The notes under the pieces are model-generated. The model did not search any database. It worked only from the letters and a program-made list of their open reading frames with translations, and was not told the DNA's origin. From Pseudomonadota bacterium (GTDB taxonomy: Bacteria; Pseudomonadota; Gammaproteobacteria; Diplorickettsiales; Diplorickettsiaceae), in assembly GCA_040390025.1 (NCBI GenBank), contig JAZJZD010000001.1:1-56822 (forward strand): a stretch of 56,822 bases of DNA. The letters run 5' to 3'. Made by a program: the position numbers and the translations under genes. Positions 10,703 to 21,367 of this stretch are shown here, one piece after another; the first letter of the stretch is position 1, and each line of letters starts with the position of its first letter.

Positions 10703-11770
10703 TTAAATGACGGTATATTTGTTTTTAGCTTGCAATGTTGATGTTAACTGTGTTTTAGCCATATTATCGGCAATTTCATGAGGAGGTTTATTTTTATCTT
10801 TTGCATTTTTAAATATCTGTAATAAGGTATCGTAGATTGTTTGTATTTTTTGTTCTACAAATCTTTTATTGAAATTGCGATATTCCGCATAGGCATAGAT
10901 CAAACCGCCAGCGTTAATAACATAGTCAGGTGCATATAAAATTCCTTTTGTTTGTAATAATTTGGCGTGGCGCGGCTCTGCTAATTGGTTATTTGCTGCT
11001 CCTGCAACAATCGCTGCTTTTAATTGCGGAATTGACTCATCATTTAAAATAGCACCTAAAGCACAAGGCGAAAAAATATCACATTCTAGTGAATAAATAT
11101 CTTCAGATTTAATGATGGTCGCACCATATTTTTTCGCATGGTTTTCTACTAAGTCTTGATTACGATCACAAACGCTTAGACGAGCATGTTCTTTGTGTAA
11201 CATAGCCGCTAAGCTAGTGCCAACCTGTCCTAAGCCTTGAATAGCAATATGTAAACCTTCTAAACTATCACGACCAAATTTAAAATTTACGGCAGCTTTA
11301 ATGCCATGTAGTACCCCTAATGCAGTATAAGGTGCAGGGTTACCTTGTTTAGACGTCGTTACAACATAAGATGTTTCTAAGGCAATGTTATCCATATCTC
11401 TTGTAGTGACACCGCTATCCATGGCAATAATGTAACGACCATTAAGATCATTAACGAAACGCCCTAACGTTTGGAAATAATTATTTCGAGCTTCAAGTGG
11501 CGTGGGACGCATTAACACGGTTTTCCCGCCACCTAAAGGCAGATTTGCTAATGCTGCTTTATAACTCATACCTTGTGCTAAACGTAAAGCATCGTGAATA
11601 GCGAGGTCTATCGATGGATATTCCATAAAACGACATCCGCCTAACGCAGGACCTAGTCGAGTAGAATGAAGTGCGATAACAGCATAAAGTCGGGTTGCTT
11701 GATCTATTTTAAAATAGAGTTCGCCAAACCCTAAACTTTTTGCATAATTTAGAAGTTCATTGCTTAACAT
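10703..11770 (-). CDS. ldh: leucine dehydrogenase (Glu/Leu/Phe/Val dehydrogenase family)
   Basis: Catalytic lysine region GGxK (LPLGGGKTVL) and Rossmann GxGxVG (GLGQVGTSLA). 355 aa. Heads the bkd operon. Confidence 0.8.
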   Translation of the reverse strand: MLSNELLNYAKSLGFGELYFKIDQATRLYAVIALHSTRLGPALGGCRFMEYPSIDLAIHDALRLAQGMSYKAALANLPLGGGKTVLMRPTPLEARNNYFQTLGRFVNDLNGRYIIAMDSGVTTRDMDNIALETSYVVTTSKQGNPAPYTALGVLHGIKAAVNFKFGRDSLEGLHIAIQGLGQVGTSLAAMLHKEHARLSVCDRNQDLVENHAKKYGATIIKSEDIYSLECDIFSPCALGAILNDESIPQLKAAIVAGAANNQLAEPRHAKLLQTKGILYAPDYVINAGGLIYAYAEYRNFNKRFVEQKIQTIYDTLLQIFKNAKDKNKPPHEIADNMAKTQLTSTLQAKNKYTVI

Positions 11771-11986
11771 AGGTATTTAGATCCTGATTCCTTACTGGAC
11801 TTATACTCTTCGCACTTGAATTTTCAACTGCGTTGCTACTCGGTTCGCAATCCTCATGTATGCCGTATACACTCCGGTTGCTCATCTTCGCGGCGCCTTG
11901 CCGAAAACCCAATTGCTGTGAGTATATATTCTATCCTATCAATGACTGCACATTCTAAGAGAGTCTGTGCAAGCATGCAATGATTA

Positions 11987-13270
11987 TTAACTAGAAGAGA
12001 TAAGTTGGTATATCGCCATACTACGTTGTTTACGCAATTCTTTTCCTAGTGCTTCACCCTTTAGTTCTTGCTTTGTTAAAGCGGAAGAAGCCGAGATAGC
12101 TTGCGCGGTCGAAAGTGCAGATAATATTCTTTCTCTTTGCGGATATGGCTTTGCTTCCAATCCAGAGAAGGCATGAAAATCAGCTTCGCAAGCCAGCAAA
12201 AATTGCTTAAAACGATCGAGGCGGCGAAAGGCATCGGTTTTTTCTAATAAACTGAGTAATGTATCGGCGTCAAGTTCTAAAGCCCGGTGACAAAGCAAGT
12301 GATAACGCGCTGTTATTAGTGCCAAATCGGTATAAGCACTTGGGATACGGTATTTTTTGCATAAATGTTTAATATTAAGAATTCCTGTTTCATTTGTTTG
12401 TTCTTTATTTAAGATTCCTTTGCCTAAAGAACAGAGTAATGCTGCGAATCGTACTTGCGGATCATTTGTCAAACTAGTTGCTTGCTTTAATACCGTTAAA
12501 TTATAGGGTTCATATTTATTTTTGTTATCAGATAGATTAGATTCAACGTAAAGTTCTTGTAGAGTAGGAAATAAAATGGCTAATGCGCCACATAAGTATA
12601 AGGTTTTAATAAACGCTTGTGGCTCAGGTTCTGTTAATGCTAGGGAAAATTCCTGCCATACACGTTCTGGGACTAAAGAAGCGACTTCTCCCGATTGGAC
12701 CATTGTTTTCATTAACTCCATGGTTTCTGAGGCTATATGAAACTTTAAGGGTGCAAATCGAGCCATAAAGCGTGCTACACGCAAAATTCGCACCGGATCT
12801 TCAATAAATGCGGGTGAAACATGGCGTAAAACTCGATGGATAATATCGTCTTGTCCATGGTAGGGATCGATGATTTCACCTTCACTGGTTTGAGCAATGG
12901 CATTAATTGTTAAATCTCGGCGCTGCAAATCTGCTTCTAGCGTGACATCAGGAGCTGCATAACAAGAGAAACCAGTGTAGCCGGGTCCAATTTTACGTTC
13001 TGTACGTGCTAACGCATATTCTTCATGGGTATCGGGATGCAAAAAAACTGGAAAATCTTTTCCTACTAATCGGAATCCTTGTTTTATCATTTGTGCAGGC
13101 GTTGCACCGACTACCACGTAATCCCGTTCTTTAACCGGATATCCTAATAATTGATCGCGTACAGCACCGCCAACTAAATAAGTGTTCAAAAACTTACCCT
13201 TATAAATAAACGTATATTCAGGAAGCAAAGTAACAAAATAAACTAAGGTGTCAAGCGCGTATATACCCAT
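11987..13270 (-). CDS. cca: CCA-adding tRNA nucleotidyltransferase with HD domain
   Basis: [13 protein letters not shown] head motif and polymerase beta-like fold. The ORF extends to 13324, but the conserved N-terminus lies just downstream of the internal Met MGIY, so the true start is probably nearer 13270 or a non-ATG codon after it. Confidence 0.8.
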   Translation of the reverse strand: MGIYALDTLVYFVTLLPEYTFIYKGKFLNTYLVGGAVRDQLLGYPVKERDYVVVGATPAQMIKQGFRLVGKDFPVFLHPDTHEEYALARTERKIGPGYTGFSCYAAPDVTLEADLQRRDLTINAIAQTSEGEIIDPYHGQDDIIHRVLRHVSPAFIEDPVRILRVARFMARFAPLKFHIASETMELMKTMVQSGEVASLVPERVWQEFSLALTEPEPQAFIKTLYLCGALAILFPTLQELYVESNLSDNKNKYEPYNLTVLKQATSLTNDPQVRFAALLCSLGKGILNKEQTNETGILNIKHLCKKYRIPSAYTDLALITARYHLLCHRALELDADTLLSLLEKTDAFRRLDRFKQFLLACEADFHAFSGLEAKPYPQRERILSALSTAQAISASSALTKQELKGEALGKELRKQRSMAIYQLISSS

Positions 13271-13296
13271 TGCACCTGAAGTAGCTATTCGTAACT

Positions 13297-15498
13297 TCAA
13301 GTGCAATGAGTATAGATTTGGCATCGTTCATTTTCTATCAAAGTTGAAACGTGCGTAGTAGATTGACTTCTGAAAAATTTAGTTACAGACGTCGGCGCGT
13401 TGAAGTTATCTTTCCTAAAATCTAATTGCGCACTATTTTTTTTTTCACATGCGGTTACAGCTTGTTTTACATAAACTGAATTTGTTTCTGTTACGTCTAA
13501 AAAGGCATTTAAATAATGTAATTTCTTTCTTTTGTGTTCTAAATTTTGTAGTTTACTGTCTAAATTCTCAGCAAAAAAAAGACGATTTTTTTGTCTGGCA
13601 TTTAAGTGATAAGTAATAAGGTTGGCGATAGCATTTATTAATGCTAGGGGAAGCGTGAGGATGATAACTGGTAATGCCGCAGATTTAAGTAGTATTCTAA
13701 CACCTAAGCTACTTTCTACCGCTATTTTCTGTCCTAACCCATAGCCATAAAAACCGCCTGCAAAAAAAGAAATGGACCGGCTTAATATTTTTTTTATTTT
13801 AGTAAAAAAAGGAATTTTTTCCCGTTGCGATTTATCTTGATCATTAAATTTATAAATATCATTTTTAATAATATCCTTAAATAACAAGTATAACGGTTTA
13901 TTTACTGAGGCTCCATTTTTTTTAAAAAGAAAAGTAACATTTTCTTCTAATAGGCGGATTTCTTCCTTTAAACATTCAAATTTTTCCCATTTTTTCAGTT
14001 GAATTTTTTGTTTTTCACCTTTTTTATTAATGAAATTGTATTTACAAGGGGAATTTAATAAATGAAAAACTTTATTTTCATAGTGTTCTTCCCTCGAGCA
14101 GTATTTTTTGAGATGACGTGTTAGGAAAAAAGTGGCTGGAACCAAAATTAAAATTCCAACACCTAGTGGCGAGGAGATAATGCTTGCTAAAGCTACTGCT
14201 TCTACCGCGCTGAAAAAAAAAGAAAGTGCCCACGATACTATATATCCGTAAAGCACTATGTTAGTAAAATTAATTACGAGTGAAGATATAAACTGACTTT
14301 TTGGATAAACCCTAATTAAATGTTGGTAAATAGAAGATTGTTGTAACTGAATTTTATTTAAAATTTGGAGTGCGGAAGTTTTCTGCGATAAAAAGAGTTT
14401 TTCATATAGACGGGTAATGTCAACTTTTGAATTAGCTATCTGTTTTTTAATTACAGAAAATTCATTTTTACACAATTCATTGTTAAATACATCTTGTTTA
14501 ATATGTTGGATTAAAGTCTCTTCTTCTTTTGAGCTTAGTAAATTAGGGAAATTAAGAGAGCTTGCCGTCTTTAACGAGAAAAAAAACTGTAGGGCAAAAT
14601 AGCCAAGTGCTGATCCTGCGATCAATAAAATAATTAAAGGAAAACTGTTAAGCGATAGCGAAAAAAAAATTAATAAAAAATTTATCCATTTCAGTAGGTT
14701 TGCATGGGAACTAAGCGTATTCCAAATAAGCCTAAAAAACTGAAATATAATATTTTTTTTTGTAGATTGACCTGTTTTTTCCCAGAAAGTAGGAGATGCT
14801 AAACTAATTTTTATAGATTCGGATTCTCTTGAATAGAGCACGATTAATAGTTTAGTTTCAGTAACAGATTTTTTTAGTTTATTGAATTTTTTTAGTTTTT
14901 GTTTAAGGGATTGTGAATCTGCATAATGTACTAGCTTTTTAAATTTATTTAGCGTTGCTTTATGGCTTAAATGATAAAGAGCTATCGGTTTTTTAGTTTT
15001 TTTATCTGATTCGATTGCAAAATGTGCTAACGTTGCTAGCTCAGAAAGATAGTTTTTTCTTTTTTGTATATTTGTTTTAGAAAGAGAGCCGACAGCTAAT
15101 TCGGCGCCTATGATAACATCGATAGAGTTAGATAATTCTTGTTCCGCACTACAACAGCATTTTTTGTAAATTTTTATAAAATCTGTATTTTTGTCATCGA
15201 TACACCAAGGATTTTTTTTATCTTTAGAGTAGAATAATAAAGATTCATTGAACCTTTCTATTAAATAGCGTTTTTTCTCGTCAGTATTATTCGAATCGTT
15301 AAAATGAAAACGAGAAATTTGGTATTCCCAACTATTACGTTTATTTTTTTGGTACTCTTCAGAAAAATTCTTAAAAAAATCTATAATCCAAGGAAGTACA
15401 GCTGTACGTTCTAATGGATCATTAGACGCCTCATTTGATAAGTAAGGTATTTTTTTAATACTATTCCAAACAGCTACAAAACTTTTAGGATAAATCAC
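13297..15498 (-). CDS. hypothetical large (733 aa) polytopic membrane protein, lysine-rich, very AT-rich
   Basis: About six predicted TM hairpins (e.g. [98 protein letters not shown]) interspersed with K/N/E-rich soluble segments. No recognisable catalytic motif. Confidence 0.6.
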   Translation of the reverse strand: MIYPKSFVAVWNSIKKIPYLSNEASNDPLERTAVLPWIIDFFKNFSEEYQKNKRNSWEYQISRFHFNDSNNTDEKKRYLIERFNESLLFYSKDKKNPWCIDDKNTDFIKIYKKCCCSAEQELSNSIDVIIGAELAVGSLSKTNIQKRKNYLSELATLAHFAIESDKKTKKPIALYHLSHKATLNKFKKLVHYADSQSLKQKLKKFNKLKKSVTETKLLIVLYSRESESIKISLASPTFWEKTGQSTKKNIIFQFFRLIWNTLSSHANLLKWINFLLIFFSLSLNSFPLIILLIAGSALGYFALQFFFSLKTASSLNFPNLLSSKEEETLIQHIKQDVFNNELCKNEFSVIKKQIANSKVDITRLYEKLFLSQKTSALQILNKIQLQQSSIYQHLIRVYPKSQFISSLVINFTNIVLYGYIVSWALSFFFSAVEAVALASIISSPLGVGILILVPATFFLTRHLKKYCSREEHYENKVFHLLNSPCKYNFINKKGEKQKIQLKKWEKFECLKEEIRLLEENVTFLFKKNGASVNKPLYLLFKDIIKNDIYKFNDQDKSQREKIPFFTKIKKILSRSISFFAGGFYGYGLGQKIAVESSLGVRILLKSAALPVIILTLPLALINAIANLITYHLNARQKNRLFFAENLDSKLQNLEHKRKKLHYLNAFLDVTETNSVYVKQAVTACEKKNSAQLDFRKDNFNAPTSVTKFFRSQSTTHVSTLIENERCQIYTHCT

Positions 15499-15670
15499 TT
15501 ATCAAGCTTTTTTATTGTTATTATCATTTAAAATAGAACATTACTATTCTATCTTAAGTTAATACAATAAACTAAAATAGGTAATATAACCTAAACTACT
15601 AAGCTTTTTTAGATAATCTAAATCTACCTTGGATGAATAGTTAGATGGAAAGTCTCATCTTTGTAATTTT

Positions 15671-17440
15671 TTATATACTATTTGAGAAAGGATGATCCGC
15701 ATTTGGGCGTGGTGAGGAAGGTAATGGTAAATTAAACATTCCTGCGCTAGAGATTAAACCTAATAATGAGTTATTAGCTTTCGGGTCTAAAGAGATAACC
15801 TTATCAGTGTGCTTCAGAGCATTAGTTCTTAGTTTTGTTAATTCTAAGTCCAACATTACTGGATTTTTAGAAAAGACTATTGCGTTTAATTTTAAACGTT
15901 CTGTCTCGGCTTCTGCGGCAGTAATTTTTATTTTCTTTTCAATTTGCGCGACTTCTTCTTGGTTTTTTGCTGCGATTAATTTAGTGCCGGCTTCTTGGTT
16001 AGCTTTAATTTCTGCTACTACTGAGTCAGTGCGTGCTTTTTGTTCAAAGATATGGCGCTCCATTTCAACAATGGCTAATTTAGCATTTGCTTCTGCAACA
16101 CGGTAAGATTGTTCAGAAATCTTTTTTTCTACTTCTTTATCTAGAATTTTGATTTCTTCTATATTTAATCTTACAAGCTCTATACCATATTCTTTAAGAT
16201 GGGTTGTTAATTCGGCTTTTACAAAATCTTGCCAGACACTAATAAATACTTGATTATAATCTGGAGGAGGGGAGGATGTGCTTAAATCGCTTGTTCTAGA
16301 AGAATTAGTTTGTAAGTCATCTGAACTTTGTATTCCTTGCAAAGAAGTTTTTTGACCGGCAACCGCCATGTCAACATGCGTTACATATTCAATATGTTTG
16401 TCTATTTCTGTGGGTTCTAGGTTTTGCAAAGCCAATACGGGATTGAAAATACGATATGCGACAAATAATCGAACACCTACTTTTACGGAATCTTTTGTAT
16501 AATATTCAAATTGTGCAAATCTGGATGTACTTGGATAATGTCTATTGATTAAATTCGTGGATAAAAAGGTAGAAAACTTAATATTGGCATCATCAACAAT
16601 GAGTTCTCTTGAGGTTTCTTTTTTTTCATTATTTTCAGGAAAAATTTGCTGCTTACCATTTTGATAATACACGGCAACGGTATTAGCGGTTGGCATTAAC
16701 CGTAGCAAGGAACCACACTGAATGACAGAATCGGCACTGTTATGAAATAATTGCCTGGAGTCCCCTACTACTTTTTTAATTAATGTAAAATTATTTGACC
16801 GTATAAAATATATTCCCGTTTTTAATAAGTGGGAGTTATTGTCAACTAAAACGGCTGCTATTTTTACACTTGGAACTTGTATGCGATAGAGATTCTCATG
16901 TTGAATAAAGTTCAAAGATTTTGTTACCTTCCCTGCGTAAGAAAAATTATTGGTTTTTATTACATGGGTTCCTTCATCGAGAAAAACAGGTTTTCCATCG
17001 ATAACGGCCTTCGCATATTCTCCTTGACTCACGCTAATGAGGTGCTTATCACCATAGCCGATATAGCCGCGCTCATTAATATCCGAGATTTTATAAATAC
17101 CTATTGTAGAAGAATTATCGCGAAATATCCGAAACCAAGTCCATGGTTTCCATAGCGACCAAACTTTTTTTCTACGCTGATATTTTCCTGAATAGCCGGC
17201 TAATTCAGGCTTACCGTTTCTTTGTACTAAACGTACTTGATCCAATGCTAAAATACGGTATTTGAAGAGTGAAATACCAAAAAAATTAATAGTTTTTAAA
17301 ATAGAAGAGCGCTGTCTTTCAGAATTAGCTTCTTGGTTAAATTTTTGAATAATTTCTGGGAGATTTTCAGAACTGATAAAACCAATTGATGATTTTCGTA
17401 CAGTTTGATCCGTTTCATTAAAATTAACGTCGTTTTCCAT
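15671..17440 (-). CDS. SPFH/band-7 (flotillin-like) domain protein, 589 aa, no N-terminal TM anchor
   Basis: C-terminal region YGIELVRLNIEEIKILDKEVEKKISEQ... followed by an EA-rich coiled coil (AEANAKLAIVEMER...AAEAETERLK) matches the SPFH C-terminal/flotillin pattern. S/T-rich linker. AT-rich. Confidence 0.6.
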   Translation of the reverse strand: MENDVNFNETDQTVRKSSIGFISSENLPEIIQKFNQEANSERQRSSILKTINFFGISLFKYRILALDQVRLVQRNGKPELAGYSGKYQRRKKVWSLWKPWTWFRIFRDNSSTIGIYKISDINERGYIGYGDKHLISVSQGEYAKAVIDGKPVFLDEGTHVIKTNNFSYAGKVTKSLNFIQHENLYRIQVPSVKIAAVLVDNNSHLLKTGIYFIRSNNFTLIKKVVGDSRQLFHNSADSVIQCGSLLRLMPTANTVAVYYQNGKQQIFPENNEKKETSRELIVDDANIKFSTFLSTNLINRHYPSTSRFAQFEYYTKDSVKVGVRLFVAYRIFNPVLALQNLEPTEIDKHIEYVTHVDMAVAGQKTSLQGIQSSDDLQTNSSRTSDLSTSSPPPDYNQVFISVWQDFVKAELTTHLKEYGIELVRLNIEEIKILDKEVEKKISEQSYRVAEANAKLAIVEMERHIFEQKARTDSVVAEIKANQEAGTKLIAAKNQEEVAQIEKKIKITAAEAETERLKLNAIVFSKNPVMLDLELTKLRTNALKHTDKVISLDPKANNSLLGLISSAGMFNLPLPSSPRPNADHPFSNSI

Positions 17441-17564
17441 AACAACCTTCTCTTTTTAATTTAATCTTTAATCAGATTATTATTAAATTTTTATAAGATC
17501 AAGTTTTTTTATTAATATATAAAATATATTATTCGTAGTTGAGAAGCGTATTCTCAATACAGGC

Positions 17565-17752
17565 GGGGTGTATATACCATTGCATTTCCAATTCCTTCAT
17601 CTCGATGGAGGTTTTCAAGAGGAGAACCAAGATTCTGCTCTTGAATAACGGTACACAAGCTTTGCTTGGGACCGTTATGTTATTGGAATACCGCTCGTCC
17701 TTAACTTAAAAAGCTCATATCTTCGAGTACGAGCGGTATAGTTTTTTTACAT
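17565..17752 (-). repeat. ~190-bp palindromic MITE/REP-like element, copy A (reverse orientation relative to copies B and C)
   Basis: Internal hairpins TTGAGAA-N5-TTCTCAA, TCAAGAG-N-CTCTTGA and TACCGCTCGT...ACGAGCGGTA. Near-identical to the reverse complement of 21368-21572. Confidence 0.75.
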
Positions 17753-17758
17753 TTTTTT

Positions 17759-19675
17759 CTAATCGTAGTAATCAGCAGGGCAAAAAGTATGTGTACTGCT
17801 ATCTTCTTTCCATTGCGCTTGAACGCAACCAGCGCCTATGCTTTTATACGTTTTTTTTGAGAAATTTGCTGTTAAAATAAGCCTATTTCCAAATTGGGTT
17901 TCTTGGACTAAACGATTTTTGGTTAACCAGTTAAAGTGAGATAAAGGTTCCAGGCCAGCCATCTGATGTAAAGGTGAAAAAAATTGATAATAGGCCGAAA
18001 AATACTTTGCGTTTTTCTGTAATGTTTTTTTGTCTAATACCCAGATAGGTGGAATATTATAAAGATTTTGTAATAAAGCTTTTGTCTGCATTAGGACAGG
18101 AATTTTTAATTCATTGAGTTCCCAGCGATCAGTAGAAATGACAGAGTCATGTAAAGCGGCTTCATAAAGAGGAAGTCGATAACGTGGATCATAAGAGGCG
18201 TGAATAAATTCATTAGGGGCATTGTATGGTTTAAATAAGACTTTGGGTGCCGAGGTTGGCCACCAGATACCAAATTGTTTTTTATCTTTTAGACAAGGCC
18301 AAAATGCTTGAGAAAAACTCAAAAAACCGCCATTGTTATAGGCAATGACTTCGCTGGACCATGACAATCCTGTTTCAGAGCCTAATACTAACTTTTTAGC
18401 ACTACTTATGTAACGCATGCGTTCAATACGATCTTCTAAATCTTCGATACGTGTCATGGGATGTTGTTTAGAATAATCTTCATAAAGTGGTGATGCGGCA
18501 TCGCAGTCGAGAAAAAGACTATTATCTCCTTTGCTTACCATAGTAGCGATATTCTGCGCTATATTTTTTTCTTTTGATTCTCTTAAACGCAAGGCTTCCG
18601 CGCTTAAATAACAGCCACGATTTCCAAAGCCGGATAAAATACTTCCATTTGGGTAACGAATACAGGCCTCTGGCCATAAATGATTAGGCCATGTCGATGT
18701 TATACTATCGGAAGTTTTTGGATTTTGTGCGTTATCAAAACTATCATAAGGGGCGATTAGATACCCCATATTTTCAGCTGTTTGGACGTAGGTTTTATCG
18801 ATATTATCTTCTCCTTTGACTGGCGAAGCGTCGTAACCTATCCACAAGTGTTTGATCCCGAGCGTATCAAATTTATGCAACATCTCTATATTCTTTCCGT
18901 CACCCCATACCCAGACATGGAAAGCACCGAGTAATTTATTAACATTTGCATTTTCTAATATTTTTTGTTTGAGAGAAACAAACTTATTTTCTTCCATCAA
19001 TAACTGGCGATAATCTAATGCCGGACTAATAGGCGAGTTTCCCGTAGAGTGAATAAATATTTCATACTTCGGAAAATGATCGCGTTTTAAAAAGTTATGG
19101 CTACTTATCAGATAAAGCTGCTTATTTTCTTGTTTAACCTGTACCTCTGTATCTTCGTCATGTTCAGCTATCATTGTGTTGATAACATGTTCCTTATATT
19201 GAATTGCAAAGAAAGGCATACTTAGAGAGAGTATGGGATATTTCTTGAATTCTTCTAGCCAGAAAGGATCGCGGTTAGGCACATACAAACCTTCTCCGTC
19301 AGGAATAATCAAAGCGGTTGCTTGTCGGCTCAAACCTACAACTGGCCATTGAAAGTTTTGTTGTTTATCTGTGGTAAATAGCCAATGCAGACCTTGATCA
19401 TCGGTGCTTACTTTTACATAGATTTTAAGCATAGGATAATACCAGTGTGCATTGTGGGCATCATTTTTTAAATCTTTAACTTCGTCAAAATGATGAGTGT
19501 TTTGTGTTAACTCAATTTTTTCTGAATCATCTGCAGGGGTTAGGGAAATGGCTAATGTCGCTGGATCAATGGTAAATTTTCCTGTTTTACTTGCTAGTTC
19601 AATTATTTCTTTTCCCCAACAGTAGGGTGAAAATAATAAAAAGAAAAATATATATATCAGTCGGGTTTTTAGCAT
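17759..19675 (-). CDS. secreted hypothetical protein (signal peptide), possible TIM-barrel glycoside-hydrolase-like fold
   Basis: N-terminal signal MLKTRLIYIFFFLLFSPYCWG. 638 aa. The only functional hint is segments such as HVWVWGDGKNIEML...HLWIGYDASP, which is weak evidence. Confidence 0.45.
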   Translation of the reverse strand: MLKTRLIYIFFFLLFSPYCWGKEIIELASKTGKFTIDPATLAISLTPADDSEKIELTQNTHHFDEVKDLKNDAHNAHWYYPMLKIYVKVSTDDQGLHWLFTTDKQQNFQWPVVGLSRQATALIIPDGEGLYVPNRDPFWLEEFKKYPILSLSMPFFAIQYKEHVINTMIAEHDEDTEVQVKQENKQLYLISSHNFLKRDHFPKYEIFIHSTGNSPISPALDYRQLLMEENKFVSLKQKILENANVNKLLGAFHVWVWGDGKNIEMLHKFDTLGIKHLWIGYDASPVKGEDNIDKTYVQTAENMGYLIAPYDSFDNAQNPKTSDSITSTWPNHLWPEACIRYPNGSILSGFGNRGCYLSAEALRLRESKEKNIAQNIATMVSKGDNSLFLDCDAASPLYEDYSKQHPMTRIEDLEDRIERMRYISSAKKLVLGSETGLSWSSEVIAYNNGGFLSFSQAFWPCLKDKKQFGIWWPTSAPKVLFKPYNAPNEFIHASYDPRYRLPLYEAALHDSVISTDRWELNELKIPVLMQTKALLQNLYNIPPIWVLDKKTLQKNAKYFSAYYQFFSPLHQMAGLEPLSHFNWLTKNRLVQETQFGNRLILTANFSKKTYKSIGAGCVQAQWKEDSSTHTFCPADYYD

Positions 19676-19689
19676 GTTAGTGTTCCAGG

Positions 19690-21285
19690 TTATTGATTTT
19701 TTTGAAAAAGGGTCTTTAAGTAGTTCTCTACTAAAGTCAAATCACTGCCAAATGAACGAAACCCTATGTAACCGTCGGGTCTAATGACATAACTTGCAGA
19801 TGAAGTAACCCCATAACGCTGAAAAAGGTTTTGATTGGCTAAAGATACAGTAAAATGATGAACTTGTAGCCAGTCGATATAAATGTTTTCTAAAGCCTTT
19901 AATTTTTCTAAATAGTTTACATCTAACTTTTTATGTCCAAATAATAACAAATGCATTGGTTTTTTCTGTAGTAAAGTAAATAGTGTAGATGAATTAAAAG
20001 ATGCGTCGGGTGCGCGATAACCTGCACATGGCCCCTTTTTAAAAGTATTGTCAGCGTCTTCTATAAACTCATAAATAAATGGATTTGTATGATAATGAAT
20101 ATTTAATTGCGACATAAACCAAAATAAACGTTTTTCAGTACTTTTTTTGGAAAAAAGGAATTTAATAAACAAAGGCAATAGTAGATTACGTAATAAAGAA
20201 ACGAGAAAATTTTTAGTTGTCATAAACGAAAAAAATCGATCGGTCGTGTTCAACAAAATCTTGCCTATTCGGTGGCGTTCTGTTTCATAGGTATTTAAAA
20301 TTTTGTTCGACCCTCTTTTTTTCAAGACGAGACCTAATTTCCAGGCTAGATTAGTTGCATCTTGGATTCCTGTATTCATTCCTTGACCACCTACGGGACT
20401 ATGAATATGTGCCGCATCTCCGGCAAGAAAAGCACGTCCGTGATAATAGGTTTGTACACCGCGGTGATGTAAGTGAAATTGTGACATCCAAATTGGATTA
20501 ATTAATTTAATAGATGCTTTCGCAATTTGCTGAGCAGCCAATTCTATTTCTGGGATAGTTGGTGGAGGTAATTTCTCTTCGGCATAAGTACCTAAGCGCC
20601 GTGCTAACATAATTCGACTGAAGTTTTTTGTTAAAGGAATATGGACAAATATTCCTTGTTTAGCTAGAAAGAATAAAAACTTATCATAGGGAAAAGACCA
20701 ATTGATAGTGGCATCAGCCAAGATAAAGCTTTGTTTATAAGCTGCGCCTTCAAATGAAAAATTAAGCGTATGGCGAACGGTACTATGTGCGCCATCACAG
20801 CCTATGATATAAGCGCAAGTAACTAGTTTTATTTCACCCGTTTGCAGATCTTTTATGTTTGCTTGAACGCCTTGTTTATTCTGTGAAAAAAATAGTAGCT
20901 CTTTCTCCCTTTCGATAAAAATGGCTTGCCTTTCTAAAAATTTAATAAAGATATGTTCTGTTTCATTTTGAGGAAGAAAGTAAATGGAAGGAAAAGGGCT
21001 ATTTTGCTGTTTGAATTTCTTAAAACATATTTCTGTTTGTTTTCTTCCATTAATAAAAAAAACAAAATCCATTCCAGTATGTGCTACTTTGAGAAACTCC
21101 GAAGCAAGGCCCAAATTTTGAAAGATCTCCATGGATTTAGCTTGAATAGCAAATGCACGTGATTCATGCGTACGATCTTTTTGCTTATCGATAATGCGAA
21201 AGCGAACACCTAGCCGCAAAAGTTGGCTTGCCATCGTCAACCCCGTAGGACCCGCACCAATAATAAGCACTTCTGTATCAATCAT
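19690..21285 (-). CDS. FAD-dependent aromatic-ring monooxygenase (PheA/TfdB family)
   Basis: N-terminal GxGxxG (IIGAGPTG) and the second FAD motif GDAAHIHSPVGGQGMNTGIQDATNL. 531 aa. Confidence 0.8.
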   Translation of the reverse strand: MIDTEVLIIGAGPTGLTMASQLLRLGVRFRIIDKQKDRTHESRAFAIQAKSMEIFQNLGLASEFLKVAHTGMDFVFFINGRKQTEICFKKFKQQNSPFPSIYFLPQNETEHIFIKFLERQAIFIEREKELLFFSQNKQGVQANIKDLQTGEIKLVTCAYIIGCDGAHSTVRHTLNFSFEGAAYKQSFILADATINWSFPYDKFLFFLAKQGIFVHIPLTKNFSRIMLARRLGTYAEEKLPPPTIPEIELAAQQIAKASIKLINPIWMSQFHLHHRGVQTYYHGRAFLAGDAAHIHSPVGGQGMNTGIQDATNLAWKLGLVLKKRGSNKILNTYETERHRIGKILLNTTDRFFSFMTTKNFLVSLLRNLLLPLFIKFLFSKKSTEKRLFWFMSQLNIHYHTNPFIYEFIEDADNTFKKGPCAGYRAPDASFNSSTLFTLLQKKPMHLLLFGHKKLDVNYLEKLKALENIYIDWLQVHHFTVSLANQNLFQRYGVTSSASYVIRPDGYIGFRSFGSDLTLVENYLKTLFQKNQ

Positions 21286-21367
21286 TTTTTAATAGCCCAT
21301 AAAAAACTATAGATATTTCATTTCCTAAAGTAAAATAGGCGCGCGCAATATGTTATAAATAGCGCTT

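Noticed and set aside
13271-13324. Apparent 28-bp overlap between the 733-aa membrane protein ORF end and the cca ORF start
   Set aside because: This is most likely an artefact of the longest-ORF start for cca. The conserved CCA N-terminus begins downstream, so the genes probably do not truly overlap.
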